Shown here piece by piece: positions 43,405-57,974 of a DNA stretch of 64,000 nucleotides; the first letter of the stretch is position 1, and every line of letters begins with the position of its first letter. Under the pieces are notes generated by a model. The model ran no database searches and was not told where the DNA came from. It saw nothing but the letters and a program-made list of their open reading frames with translations. Source of the stretch: Eledone cirrhosa (taxonomy: Eukaryota). A program made the position numbers and the translations under genes. The DNA is taken from positions 70,804,001 to 70,868,000 of the forward strand of contig OZ024745.1 of the NCBI GenBank assembly GCA_964016885.1. Reading direction: 5' to 3'.

Positions 43405-44115
43405 TCTGCTTTAGTAATCAAGGATTTCGTTCTTTAAGAATATAATATATTATGGCTAAATTTGAAATCTATTTACTTATAATCTTTAAATTGATCGTGA
43501 TGAGTGATTGTATGTAGATAGATGTAACTGTGGGTAGATGGAGCGTAATCTGGTATAGTGAGCATCAATTATGTATTATGATAATAGACTTCGAAACATA
43601 TGTATTTAAGAAACAAAATTGAATACATGGAAACAATCTGTAACAAACGCAAATGTCTGCCATTGTCAAGCAAACATATACGTGGTTATAGTTTGTTGTA
43701 GAAATTACCTAACAGAATAAATTTCTCGCTATAATATCTGAATATTTCGTTTTTTCTCTTTATTTATTTCCTTTTTGGCCTAGATCAAAATTCCATACAA
43801 AGTGAAATTCATCTTAAAAGTGTTAGCTCTACTTTATAGTTTGTATCTCATAATCACTGCATCAAAAATCTCTATATATTTACAGATATTCATTTCGTGT
43901 TAACAGTTTATACTAGTCCATAAAACCTGCTAAGGGAATATATAATTGGTGCAGTTTCTATTAAACAGCGATAAGGACATTACTCTTTACCCGACTCCCA
44001 TAAATGCATATATATATATATGTAGATAAATCTATATATATATATATATATATATAGTAATAATAATAAATTTGAAGACTAAAATCCAAAGAGGGCTCGA
44101 TACTTTAATCTGTTA

Positions 44116-44176
<61 letters not shown>

Positions 44177-44195
44177 ATCTATGTATGTATGTATG

Positions 44196-44284
<89 letters not shown>

Positions 44285-44396
44285 TATATAGAGATTTTTG
44301 ATGCAGTGTTTATGAGATGCAAACTATAAAGTAGAGCTAACACTTTTAAGATGAAATTCACTTTGCATGTATATATATATATATATATATATATGC

Positions 44397-44537
<141 letters not shown>

Positions 44538-44538
44538 C

Positions 44539-44574
<36 letters not shown>

Positions 44575-44575
44575 C

Positions 44576-44654
<79 letters not shown>

Positions 44655-44805
44655 GTAGATATAATGGTAGCTGTGGCAGTGCCAGAATCAATTATTTGTG
44701 GGATACATTTGCTTCTCTCTAAATACCGAGTTAAAATTCCGATGTCGTTGACTTCATCTTTCATCCACCAGTTGTACTGTTAATATATTTCTTTCTATTC
44801 AATTG

Positions 44806-45996
44806 ATCACAATTCCAATTGATCAACGGAAATATATTTCTAACGTAAGAATATGCAGACAACTTCAAGAAGAAATAACTATATACAAGAAGGTTCGCAA
44901 AGAATATATTTCTACGGAAGCAAACCCTAACGTAAATATGTTAAGGTATGGCTAAACGGTTAAGATATTTCAGTCTTATTAAGCCCCTTCAGCGAAGCAT
45001 CATCTTACATTTGTAGCTACCATAGAAATTCAATTGAAAAGTATTTACTGGTTAGGTAATTTAGAATATTGCCTCTAATAGAGACATCGTTTGTTTCTTC
45101 CCTAGTATCTATATTGGCCTTTCTATTCACTCAAAAATGAACTTACAAGTTGTAATTTATTACTAGAATAGCTAGAGTATGCATACGTATAATATATTTT
45201 TGATATTATGTTCGATTTGCTTTGATATTAATCTGGCTGTTATGAAGCACCGTTTTACTGATTTTTCTCTCTCCTGTCTTATGCAGTATCTTATCAGTTT
45301 CATCTACTTCTAAATGCTTTAGTCCTCTCATTTAAGCCGCTAAATCTAACTTAATATTTTGAATTGATTTACCGTCTCTTGGAGTAACGTCAGCTCATTT
45401 ATCTAATCCCATATAAGGTGACTTTGATGTCACCTATATTACTGATATCACTGCAGAGTATTAGTAGTTTCTCCAGCTCCGTGATACCGCAAATATAGTT
45501 TTAAATAAAAAATATAGAGATGATTTATATTTTCTCCGAATCATTTGTAAATATTGATAATTTCATTCAACAGAATTGTTATCGGAATCAAAGTTGCGTA
45601 GAAGAAAAAATGTGATAAGAAATACCCCAAACAAATCTCCCACCATCTAGGGATTCGATTGATTTTTATTATGTTCTATTTATCGTTCGGTGCTATTGAT
45701 GATTTCCATTTTTACTTGACATAATTTTAACACTGTCTTAGTGATGAGTTTCCTGTGGTTATCCCTACAAGGTTTCCAATATCCTGAAGTGAGGTATACT
45801 GGTTTCAATACTTTAACATATTTACGTTAGAAATATATTCTTTGAAATATATTCTTAGAAATATATTCTTAGAAATATATGCTTACGTAGAAATATATTC
45901 TTTGTGAGCCTTCGTGTAGTTGGTTATTTCTTCTTAAAGTTGTCTACATATTCTCAGGTTAGAAATATATTTCCGTTGATCAATTGGAATTATGAT
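44806..45996. mobile_element. 1.2-kb non-autonomous element with long terminal inverted repeats
   Basis: 44806-44949 is the inverted copy of 45808-45996 (aattccaattgatcaacggaaatatatttctaac / gttagaaatatatttccgttgatcaattggaatt). The right arm has extra tandem agaaatatattctt units. Confidence 0.8.
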
Positions 45997-46059
45997 GGTT
46001 GTTCTCCTATTTCTATTGTATTTCATGCAGTGTGATATTATTCTATTGTAGTGTATCTG

Positions 46060-46405
46060 AGTGGACGAATGGATAAGGAGTTGGCTTAACAATCATTTGG
46101 TCCCAGGTTCGATACAATTTTGCGGTATCTCGGGGACGTGTCGTTTATCATAGGCTCAGCCTGACCCATGTCTTGTGAATGAAATTGGATAAGCGGAAAC
46201 TGTTTAGAAACCTGTCTGATTAACAGCACTTGTAACTCAATGTGCTGGCCTTGTCACAATTTTCATCGCGGTGAATCTCCCTAAACATTACTTTAAGGAT
46301 ACACGTGTCTGTGGAATGGTCAGACGCTTACACGTTCATTTCATAAGCAAGCTCTTCTGAATAACTCTTCGAACAACACTCGTCGTCGAAACGACAGAGG
46401 TACAT
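46060..46405 (+). mobile_element. Decayed tRNA-headed SINE of a second family (CORE-like, octopus OR2/OK-like)
   Basis: tRNA-like head (ggataaggagttggct..ccaggttcgatac) and a tail ggtgaatctccc..acacgtgtctgtggaat..cttacacgtt shared with ~48895-48995 and ~49700-50060. A minus-strand head lies at ~50300-50425. Confidence 0.6.
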
Positions 46406-47696
46406 TCCAGTGTATCTGTTGGGGTGATGTGATTATTTTTGTTGTAGCTCTCATATGATCATGCTGCCCAATCAAGGTTTTATAATATTCCTTACTCTGT
46501 CTATGATGACTAGTCCCTTTCGTGTGTTGTAGTCGGTTCTGTGCTACCATTTTCATTGTTTTGTGAAAGTAAATCCTCTTTATATATGGCTATTTTTGAT
46601 GAATTATATTTATGTGTTTTGCGTGTGGAGAGTAGTTTATTTCACTTTCATTGTGTATGCTTTGTATGACTTGTTTTATTTCTGTTTCTGGGGCCATTTG
46701 TATTGTTTATTATTAATCTTCGTACATTCGATATATTTTTTTGTTTTTGTTTTTTGCCTTATATCATTGCTTTTATCTTCGCATGTGTCATTTTTATGGC
46801 ATTGGCGTGTGTTGGTTTTAGTATGGCTGTGTAGTATCCATGTAAAACTTCTAAGCGCAGTTCTTTCATTCACTTCTGCTTTGTAGTATTTGTTTACGTT
46901 CATGGATATCAGCAGTAAAAAAAAACATGTCTTTTTCATGGAGCCTAACCTTTTAGACAGTTCATTTTGTATTTGGTATCTTTGGATTACACGGGCTGCA
47001 TAACATGATCACATTTGTTACACACAATAGTGTTTCTCACAAAACCAAGACTAACAGCTATTATTTACAATGTCAGTTTTACTGATGACCGGATTGACAT
47101 GCTGTATAGCGCTAGTTTTGTTTTAAGCTTGTTTTCGTGTTAGTGTTAACACTATACTAGGCATTTATCATGAAATTGAAATGAGATTATTATTGCTATT
47201 CAATTAATATTACTGAGCAATTAATTGCCAATCAACTAATTATATATATACAGAATGCATGATTATAATAATAAAGATAAGCACGCCACATCTTAAGAAT
47301 GAGGATATTATATTTACGTCTTAATGTTATCGCTATTTTCATATTATAAACAATCGCAAAAACAGTTAAAAGAAAGTGATGAGTGGAAGAGAGAGTAAAG
47401 AAATGAGAAATAAATACAATTGTGATATTTAGGTGCGTTCTTCTAGGCATTATTAGTTCAAGGATCAGCCATATGTAGACATAAGACCTGGGGAATGCAA
47501 CGCAGATATACAGATGTGTTATCTTCAATAAAATTATCTGTTCAGGTATAGAAGCAGATGGCAGCTTACGTAATGCTGTGTGATATCGTTATTATGTAAA
47601 TAGATTGTTCTCCTACTCATATCAAGCTCCTTTATTCCTTGATGATTATTACGTTGTACACACACAAATATATACAAGTACATGTGTGTGTGTGTA

Positions 47697-47732
<36 letters not shown>

Positions 47733-47735
47733 ATG

Positions 47736-47806
<71 letters not shown>

Positions 47807-47810
47807 ATAA

Positions 47811-47858
<48 letters not shown>

Positions 47859-47903
47859 GTGTATATATATATATATATGTATATATGTATATATATATAT
47901 ACC

Positions 47904-48000
<97 letters not shown>

Positions 48001-48010
48001 ATATATATAC

Positions 48011-48111
<101 letters not shown>

Positions 48112-48233
48112 GGGGTAACAAATAATAGTTATATGCAGTCCACTTAGGTGTAGTCCAGTTATGGTATTCCGGGTAGTGGATGATATCAACGCTTGGCTAA
48201 GTTTGACTAAGTTTGTATAGCAAACCTTTCCTG

Positions 48234-48282
<49 letters not shown>

Positions 48283-48288
48283 TGTATG

Positions 48289-48366
<78 letters not shown>

Positions 48367-49009
48367 GAGAGAGAAGTGTATCGGAGAGAGAGAGAGGAAA
48401 GTAGAAGCGAGAGAGAGATATTTGTATTATGTATGCATATGTCTTATTTATTCCCTTTCAGTCTTAAATTATTTCCGTCTTACCTCTCCTTCATCTTTAA
48501 TTGTTTCCTACTCCTTCTCCTCTCAGTTTTCTTACTTTCTTACTACCTTTCTCCCCGCTCCTTACGTCTCCGCCTCTTCCTTCCTTCCTCCTAATTTTTC
48601 TCTATCTCTCACAAACACCCATAGACACACACACACTCACTCACACAAGTAAACATACACACACATTATTGAAGTTTCTGACAAGGTTTGATCGTTCTGC
48701 TGCAGTGATAAAACGTGATAATTTCTGCAGACGATGGTTTGTTGTTAACAAAAAAAAAAGAAAGAAACGTAAGACATCTGGAATGAAATTGGTGAAGGAG
48801 TTGTAAGACATGACCTCTTCAAACGAACCGGATGACGTATTTCTCCAGTTCTGCGCTCTGTAGGGCTGAGACCACAATTTACCATACATACTTTTCACTG
48901 TGTCACGCTGAATCTCCCTGATAATTACGCAATGGATAGGCGTGTCTATGGAATACTCAACCACTTACACGTTAATTTCGCAAGAAGGCTGTTTACCTTA
49001 CCTTTGAAA

Positions 49010-49232
49010 TAATGGTTTCTGATTTAGACAGAAGGTCAACGATTTTGGGGGAGGGGAAAAAGTCGTGGAAATCGACTCCAGTGCATTACTGGTACTTTAT
49101 TTTATCGACGCCGTAACGATGAAAGTCAAAGCTAACCTCAGCCGGATTTGAGCTCAGAGTTTTAAGGGCCGTAACTCTATGCCGCGAAGCATGTTGTCCG
49201 AAGCTTTAACGCCTCCGCCAATCTACCGCCAT
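49010..49232 (-). mobile_element. Family A SINE (long-tail form)
   Basis: Homologous to 12418-12640. Confidence 0.82.
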
Positions 49233-50751
49233 CATTACCTTCCTAATAAGGAAATCAAATTTAGAGCTAACACGTATGCAGGTTCCGTTGGCCTCCTACG
49301 AGAATTCATATCATAAGACTTTTCTCGGGTGTTTTACTGTTAGGAACTCCAGTCATATCATGTAAGGCAACATGAAATAGATCTTCTTGCTCAAGAACTC
49401 AACATGCTGCCTGATCAAGAAATAGAACACCCTAACTACAAAGTCATGCATCTTCAGACGTTTAACTTCGATTTCTAGCATGTCCCACGACCACGTAAAT
49501 GATCTCACGCTGGCTATTAAACTTTATTTACCTTAGGTCATTAATTTGTGTAGCCATTACTGCTAAAGCCATGCCGGAGTCATGTCTTTACATATAAAGG
49601 TCTACATTCTTGGAAACATCTACATATTCAAATGATTAGCGTCTTGTAAACGTTATACTAGAATTAGCAATAAATATTTCATTCGTCTTTTGAATACCTT
49701 AACAACAATTCTACTGAATAAGGGCATAACCGAGCTGTTAATAAGTTCACATCGAAATCATAAAGTCCCGGGTTTGATCTCACCTCGTGGTATATTGGGA
49801 AAGTGTATTTACTATAACCTTGAATCGGCTCAGGATTTGTGAGGGAAATTGAGTTGACGGTAACTGAAGAGGCATGTCGGGTGGTTTGTATCTCTAAGTT
49901 AAAGGTCAAGTTTTATCACAAAATAGTGCCTCGCTGATGATTCTGCCTGAGAATCGCTTTAAATGTTCACGGGTCTGTAGAATATTCTCCTATTTATACG
50001 TTAATTTACGAGTTGGCCGTTCAATTGATAGATCGAGTGAATCCGAGTCGATACAACCGACGGAGGATCCATACTCCACCTCGTTATCACCAATCAGCAT
50101 CACAATTCTGATATTCTACTGCTATTCTTCTAATTTTTACTGGTTTCAGTCATTAGACTGCGGCTATGCTCAGGCACCGCCATGAAGTGGTTTAGTTGAT
50201 TATATCAACCCCAGTATATATGTTTTATGTATATATATATATATATATGTGTGTGGGGGGGGGGGGCATGCATCGGTGCAGTCTACGTCTACAAACCTTC
50301 ACTCAAAATCGATGGGATAATCCAAGGCTAGAGTAGAAAACACTTGCGCAAAGTGCCACGTAGTGGGAATGATCTTGAAACCGCTTGGCTGCAATACAAG
50401 CTCCTTAGCCACACAACCATGTCTAGGCCTGGTAAAAGCATCTATATACAAACTTCGGCTATACATAATCTCTTGCAATGAATTTGCCTTTCTCGGTGAG
50501 TTACATTTAACATGTGTCAATTTTCGTTGAAACTATATTGAATTTATAGTCAATCTATTATGGAACTGAATTAATTCTCCTTCACCTTTGCTATATATAT
50601 ATATACAAACTGTACAACGGCGTGAGTTTTGTTTTCCAATAATACACCCCGTGCATTACGCTTAAATATATACGTTAATATCAATATCAATATGTATATA
50701 TATGTGTGTGTGTGTGTGTGTGTCTGTGTGAGTGTGTGTATGTGTGTATGT

Positions 50752-50810
<59 letters not shown>

Positions 50811-52069
50811 TTACACAGAAAAATCAGTTATATTTACATATTTACACGTACATATCTATACAAGTATCTATCTATATATGTATATATATATATATTATGA
50901 ATGTGTTTATGCCAGTGTGCATACGAAAGCAAGGTATGTGTGTGTTTGCGTATGTGGTTGTGTATTTTCTAGTACAGATCTAAGTATAAGGAATTCAAAT
51001 GGACATGTAGCGAACCCTTGATAAATAATTCATGTTTATACTAATTCTTCAATGACGTTCACATCTTTGATATCCACAAAGGAGGCAATTCGTTTCTTTC
51101 TAGCCAACGAATTAAATTTATTAAAAATGTAATGAAAAATAAGTTTCTTAGTAGCTCACATGAGTGCATTTCTCATTTCTCTCTTTAGTCAATATCTGCT
51201 TCATATTTCAGAGTACATATATATACCCCCCAGACGATCATTAATGGACTGATGCAGTATATCACTGTCAACTTCATGCTAACACTTTTAAAAATCAATG
51301 AGCAAGTTATTTATTCACATGACCTCCTGTGCTATCTGCCACTGCTTCCTGTATGTTATTTGTAAGAAGGATTTATTCTCCCTAATACACCAGTAGGTCA
51401 TTCTAGAATATACTTTTCTTACTCTATTTAAAATATTTTATTTTTGGGGGCTAGATGGATCTAATTTTCTTAAATCGATATCATTGTAACTAAATACTTT
51501 TTATCGCTTAGTCCCGTGAACGCAATGTCCTATCAAATACGAATTCGTGGAACATAAATGTAAGAAAAAAGGTTGGGATGAGAGCAAATGATCCAAACCT
51601 CTTACTAAAAATCAGCATTCTGTCAACAGTTTTCTATTCCTTACTCTCCCTCTCTCTCTCTCTGTTTCTCTATTCGGTCTGCTAGTTTCTCTCACAGACC
51701 TGCATGTGTGTGTGTGCATAATTTTATGCTAGAAATACATTCGGTTTCTCTTATACAAATCATCACCATCCCATTTTGCACGATTGTTCATATATCTGGT
51801 AATCTTTGTATATATGGCATACAAATCCTGCACTCCAAAGGTTAAATGTCTTAAACTCTATTGCTGATATTATTGACGACACAGAGCCACTACTAAATAT
51901 ACACATCACAAACATAAGTCTTTTGAAGTTTGGTGGAGAATCCGTGTAATACTTATTCCGCTCATAAAACAATTGCTTATGAACTTGTAATATAATTCGG
52001 TCGCCTGCATGGCTGAGTACTTAAGAAATTCGCTTTAATGTGCACTTTAAATAGATTTATTGCCAGATT

Positions 52070-52340
52070 TGGGAGCCTACATTTCACATATGGCCTAGGC
52101 CGATAACCTGCATTAATGGTCTATATTCCACATCTCCTCTAAGTGTATTAGTAAGTTTAGCTTGAGAGCATCATTTCACATTTGGCCTAAGCCTCTAACC
52201 AGTTTTAGTAACCTACATTTCACATCTTTCCTGGGTCTATTACCAGCTTTTGGGTCTTACTTTTCATATCTGGCCTGAGCCTCTAATAAGTTTTGGTGGC
52301 CTACCATCAGCTATGGTAGACTACATATCCCATCTGAGCT
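52070..52340 (+). repeat. Degenerate ~40-50-bp minisatellite
   Basis: Recurrent cctacatttcacat.tggcct..gcct.taaccag.ttt.gt units. Confidence 0.65.
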
Positions 52341-53201
52341 GGGCAACAGACTTCACACGTGCCTAAATATTAGTAATAGCAAATAAATCCAAAAAGAATA
52401 GTTAAATTCAGCATCAGAATATAGTAAGGTCAAAGAATTCGTAAGGAAAAGCAAAGTCTATTCTTCCGAACAGAATCTTTCGTTAGCGTTATTAGATCCA
52501 ACATTGATTAATACTAAAATACTGTGAGACTAATTCAGTTTTCATAATAGCATTTATATTAATTTTTGTGCAATTTCCTTTGAGTTTGTTGTTTATTCGG
52601 TCAGTATTACACTGACCATAATAATGGATTGTTCTCAATTATTTTCCAGCTTTTCATTTAGTTCTGGTTTATTAAAACTTCTATTGATGTCAACACATTT
52701 TTATAGCTACAAGAATATCTTCTACGCTGAGCTGCTATTCATGCAGTGAGCTCACTTTACTATGTTCTATGTATTTTCGGATGCTGTTACTAATGACCCC
52801 GTTATTTATTTATTTATTCATTTATTCATTTATTTATTTATTTGGCACACATTCATAGTCTTGTTGATTTTTCGATAACTTACTGACAGCTTTTATTAGT
52901 TGTTTGAGGATGGCCACTCCAATATATATATATATATGGGGTGGGGTTCTTTATATGTATGTGTGTCTGTGTGTGTGTGTGTGGTTCAAGATACACACTA
53001 CAAACACAGAGATACAATAACAAAAGGTTTTATATATTTCATCCATGTTAAAAATAAGAGAAAATATTCAAACGTATCGAATCCCCAAACTACCCCCCCC
53101 CCCTAACCTTCCAAAAGCCAAAAGAACATTCCAGGAACATTGAACCGTTGAGAAGATTCAGCTTGTGACAATAAACACACACACACACACACACACACAA
53201 C

Positions 53202-53262
<61 letters not shown>

Positions 53263-53351
53263 TGGCATGTGTGTATGTGTATGGCTATCACGTACGCATG
53301 CATCCTACGCATATATATGGACACACACACACACACATACACACACACACG

Positions 53352-53389
<38 letters not shown>

Positions 53390-53726
53390 CTCTCGGCAAG
53401 ATCAAAAGTCACAGCGAAAATATATATATATGCTTTCTCGTGTGTTATTTTTGATAATTAATACCAATATACGCAAGTGTTATCGGCTGTATTGATTACC
53501 GGATTTATAATTAGTTTGTATTTACCTCTAGCCACCTTTATTAGTAATGTCTAACTTTACTTTAGTGTTGTATTGTTGCTACTGCTGCTGCTGCTACTAC
53601 TACTGGTGCTGCTGCTGCTAACTTGTGATTTTACAATTTTGTCAAACCGTTGGGACAATCTAAATAAATACTCGCCATATACCACACACATGCACGCAGA
53701 CACATATACACACACATATACACACA

Positions 53727-53822
<96 letters not shown>

Positions 53823-53865
53823 CACTATATACGTTCGCACGCACAAAGAAAACACAAAACACACA

Positions 53866-53902
<37 letters not shown>

Positions 53903-54013
53903 TATATACGTTCGCACGCACAAAGAAAACACAAAACACACACGCATATATATATATATATATATATATACACTATATACGTTCGCACGCACAAAGAAAA
54001 CACAAAACACACA

Positions 54014-54048
<35 letters not shown>

Positions 54049-54159
54049 TATATACGTTCGCACGCACAAAGAAAACACAAAACACACACGCATATATATA
54101 TATATATATATATATACACTATATACGTTCGCACGCACAAAGAAAACACAAAACACACA

Positions 54160-54206
<47 letters not shown>

Positions 54207-54246
54207 TATATACGTTCGCACGCACAAAGAAAACACAAAACACACA

Positions 54247-54277
<31 letters not shown>
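53823..54277 (+). repeat. Six identical 47-bp units separated by variable (TA)n
   Basis: cactatatacgttcgcacgcacaaagaaaacacaaaacacacacgca at 53823, 53900, 53971, 54046, 54117 and 54204. Confidence 0.95.
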
Positions 54278-54280
<3 letters not shown>

Positions 54281-54347
54281 CAAGGTTTAGCAAATAAGAA
54301 AAAGTTTCAAAATAAATTTCAAAAAATTCACTGTACTTACTATGGTT

Positions 54348-54434
54348 ACCTTTACCGAATCGGTTTCGAGTCTCAAAAATAAATGGAAAGTCCTTGCGGG
54401 CTTCCATTGAAAAGATAAACTCTCGTCAGAAGGT
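54348..54434 (-). ncRNA. Type I hammerhead ribozyme with extended stem II
   Basis: Minus strand: acctt CTGACGA gagttt..aatggaag.ccGCAAgg..tttccatt..agactc GAA ACCG att CGGT A aaggt. All conserved core nucleotides and three stems are present. Confidence 0.88.
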
Positions 54435-54678
54435 TCTTTTCACTCGGAGAATATAAAATTCCCGAGTTCAAATTACGAACTGGCGCTATTCAAAATTGTT
54501 CCCGAGATGAGAATGAATGATGTGGAAGCAATTCTGTCCAGTGCCGTGTGTAAAGATATATATTTAAAAAGAATAGAGGCACACAAGTTGTGATATATTA
54601 GTAAAAAGGAAAAGAAAATGCTGACAAATTTTTCCCAGTGAAAAATAGTTTAATTAGGAATAAGTATAAATTAATAAT

Positions 54679-54752
54679 TGTTTCTACTTTAGGCACAAGG
54701 CCAGCAATTACCCAGCGCATTACTGGTACTTTATTTTATCGACCCCGTAAGG
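54679..54752 (-). mobile_element. 5'-truncated family A SINE inserted in a palindrome arm
   Basis: TSD aaattaataat at 54668-54678 and 54753-54763. The opposite arm lacks the insert. Confidence 0.9.
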
Positions 54753-54919
54753 AAATTAATAATAAGTATTGGTTAGTATTCAGTTTTAGTTTTAAGTTTT
54801 TACTAAAAACTTAAAACTAAAACTGAATACTAACCAATACTTATTATTAATTTATACTTATTCCTAATTAAACTATTTTTCACTGGGAAAAATTTTTCAG
54901 CATTTTCTTTTCCTTTTTA

Positions 54920-55016
<97 letters not shown>

Positions 55017-55257
55017 GAAAATGGAACGGGAACAAAACAGAGAGGCAGTACAAACAAAGGTTTATTAGTTTCACGCTCTAATATATATATATATGTATAT
55101 ATATACATATATATATATACAAACATATTACTCTTTCTCGTTTTCTCTTTCTTTCAATCCTTCTTTGCTTTCTTTGATTTTCATACTCTCTCTTCATTGT
55201 ACATTTATTTAATTTTTCTTTCCTTCTGATTATTTCACTGTTCTTTCTCTCTTCTTC

Positions 55258-55295
<38 letters not shown>

Positions 55296-55300
55296 TCTCT

Positions 55301-55352
<52 letters not shown>

Positions 55353-55378
55353 CTCTCGCCTTCTCTCACCCTCTCTCG

Positions 55379-55416
<38 letters not shown>

Positions 55417-56571
55417 CTCTCGCCTTCTCTCACCCTCTCTCGCTCTCCCTCTATCACTCTCTCTCTCCCTGTCTCTCTCGCTCTCACTGTACCCTTTCAT
55501 ATATCTGCCATCCTTCCTTCACTTTATATCTGTCTAGCTAGACTGAGCTACAGTTAATTACCAAGATATTTTCGATCTTTATATAGTAGAAATTACTCCA
55601 CATAATATAAGATTTATTTACAGTGGATGATTTTACTTTGATGTCAATATATTTTCTAGGATTCAGACATGTTCACCGTCATTTCGGAACATCTACCAAG
55701 CTTCTTGAAAGTTCACAAATATTATATATTCTATTCGATAATGCTTCTAGATTCTTTGACTTTACAAGGTCCTCCTATTTCGATTTATTAGTTTCTATTA
55801 AAACATTATTTATTTATTTATTTATTAATCTATGGTCCAATTTTTGGTGTTGTCACCAATTGTGGAACTTTTACACTTAAATGTCTGTGTAAATAGTTTT
55901 AGCTTCTACCCTTCGTTTTACTTTCGTTAAGATTTTAGTTTGGTTAATCAACTAAAACTTTTAATTTCTGCTGAGTTGCAGAAATACTGAACACTTCAGG
56001 ATTTATTTTCTACCTTTATTTTAAAATAAACCTAGGAGACAAAGCCATAATGAAAAACAGCCGACCCAACTACCGAAGGACATTAACATCGAGTTAATTT
56101 TTATATCATTCAGATTCACAGCAATCAAAACAAGCAATATTTTCTCTATCTTTACATATCATTCCATATTCATAACAAATCAGATAGTCGTATCTAGTAG
56201 ATTTGGCAATTAGTACGTACAAGGAAAATTAGTTTGAGGTCCAAATAATTAATTTTTTAAATTAATTAATTCTTAAAAATGAAATCGAACCTTGCATTAA
56301 AATAATTTTTCGTGGTAAATATAGATCAATTATTGCTAGCAACTTAGTTGTCTTTGGGGTTTTCTCTCATCATCTGATATCGACTAATTTCCCGATCGAA
56401 CTAAGAAATATACCCAAACTCGATCTTCCCATTTCTGATGCAGTCAGTCATTAATCCGATGTCTTTTTAAAATACAATCTGCAATTAATCTAGCCACGTG
56501 TTGACTTTCATATTACTCCTTTATTTGATCTATTTAAATATAATAGCTTAAGATTTTTTTATTTGAATGCG

Positions 56572-56855
56572 TCGACCTATTTAAATCAAATACCTCGACC
56601 TATTTAAATCAAATACCTCGACCTATATATATTGAATATCTCAACCTATTTAAATTAAGTACCACAACGTTTTCAAATCTTTGACCTATTTAAATTAAAT
56701 ACATCTATCTCTTTAAATTAAATATTTCGACCGATTTAAATTATATTTATGTAACTATTTAAATGTTGGCCGATTAAAATTAAATAAATTGATCTAAATT
56801 GTGTTTAATCTTGATCTATTTACATCAAATACACTGAAACTTCTATTTAAATTAA
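56572..56855 (+). repeat. 23-bp minisatellite, decaying
   Basis: cgacctatttaaatcaaatacct twice exact, then ~9 divergent copies. Confidence 0.85.
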
Positions 56856-57812
56856 TAACATGTATATAAAACTGTCCCTACAACTGGTATCCTACGTAAC
56901 GCTTCTAACATTGTTACAATTCTTTTCTAAAAAAAATAACTGGGAAGTCGTAAGGGCACCGTATAGACATCGGGGTGTTCTGAATATTTAAACATGATGG
57001 AGCCTATCCTTCTTTGAGTCTGGACACAGTCGGTTTCTTTTAGAGAAAAAAAGAGAGGGTGAGAAAGAAAGCTAAAGGTAAAATCGACGCCAGTCCTGTA
57101 ATATATATATAGACCTCGACAGGGTGAAGATCAAAGTATACCGCGGTGGGATTTGTACACTGAGCGCTGAGAGCTAGACGAATACCACGAAGCATGACTC
57201 AAACGACTCTGCCAGTTCAACAATTAGCCGCTTATCGTAATAGTTACGTCATGGATATCCATATTACCCATCTAAAACACACATAAGTCATATTCGTTTT
57301 TGTTTCATTTCATGAAAGTATTGTATACTACAATGTGTGAGAGAATGTTTATCGTACATTTTATGTGGAAGCCTGTTTGGGCGAGCCTGTGTGTGTTTTT
57401 GTGTATCATATGTGTTTTTACATATGTGTATATGTAAACGCGTTAGTAAACTTCTAATGAACTGCGTATGTGCTTCATCTATTTTGAACCTCCTTCTTGT
57501 TAATGATGTGATATACATACATATTCACCTGGACCTTTCCCTACGTCTTTTGCTTGTTATATCAGTTTCAATCTATTCTGTTAATTAGCACAGGCTTACA
57601 ACAAACTGACAAACACGAATCTTTATTTACTGCTATAACAGATTTGACATATTTCATTGTTTTCACTTGTATCACTGATTTCAATTATATCGCTCTTTTG
57701 GCTGATATCACTGATAACACAGTTAACATGTCATTGACATGTGTTATAATTTGCACTGATGTTATTGTTATCACTGAGAATACGTCTTTGACAGTTAGTT
57801 GGTAAATTGCAA

Positions 57813-57950
57813 GTGGAGACCTCTGGTGTCCTTGGTCCTAGGACCACCTCCCTACTCACCATCATTGGCACAGAGTTGGCTACTCGCAGGTGTGAACCTC
57901 GCGAGCTGGAATGGCTCTTCCAGTGCGTCTCCCTCACCATCCTCTGGAAC
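57813..57950 (+). mobile_element. Second CRE-clade REL-domain fragment
   Basis: VETSGVLGPRTTSLLTIIGTELATRRCEPRELEWLFQCVSLTIL, clearly paralogous to 19460-19587 (-). Confidence 0.82.
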
Positions 57951-57974
57951 TTTCAATGATATTCCTACTTTGAT

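Larger units (their letters stand above)
54278..54927 (-). mobile_element. Penelope-like fragment: hammerhead plus terminal foldback, between (TA)n tracts
   Basis: Flanked by (TA)n on both sides, with a hammerhead at 54348-54434 and a palindrome 54593-54927 centred at 54803. Confidence 0.65.

Noticed and set aside
53823-54277. CRISPR array
   Set aside because: Spacers are pure (TA)n, there are no cas genes, and the context is eukaryotic.
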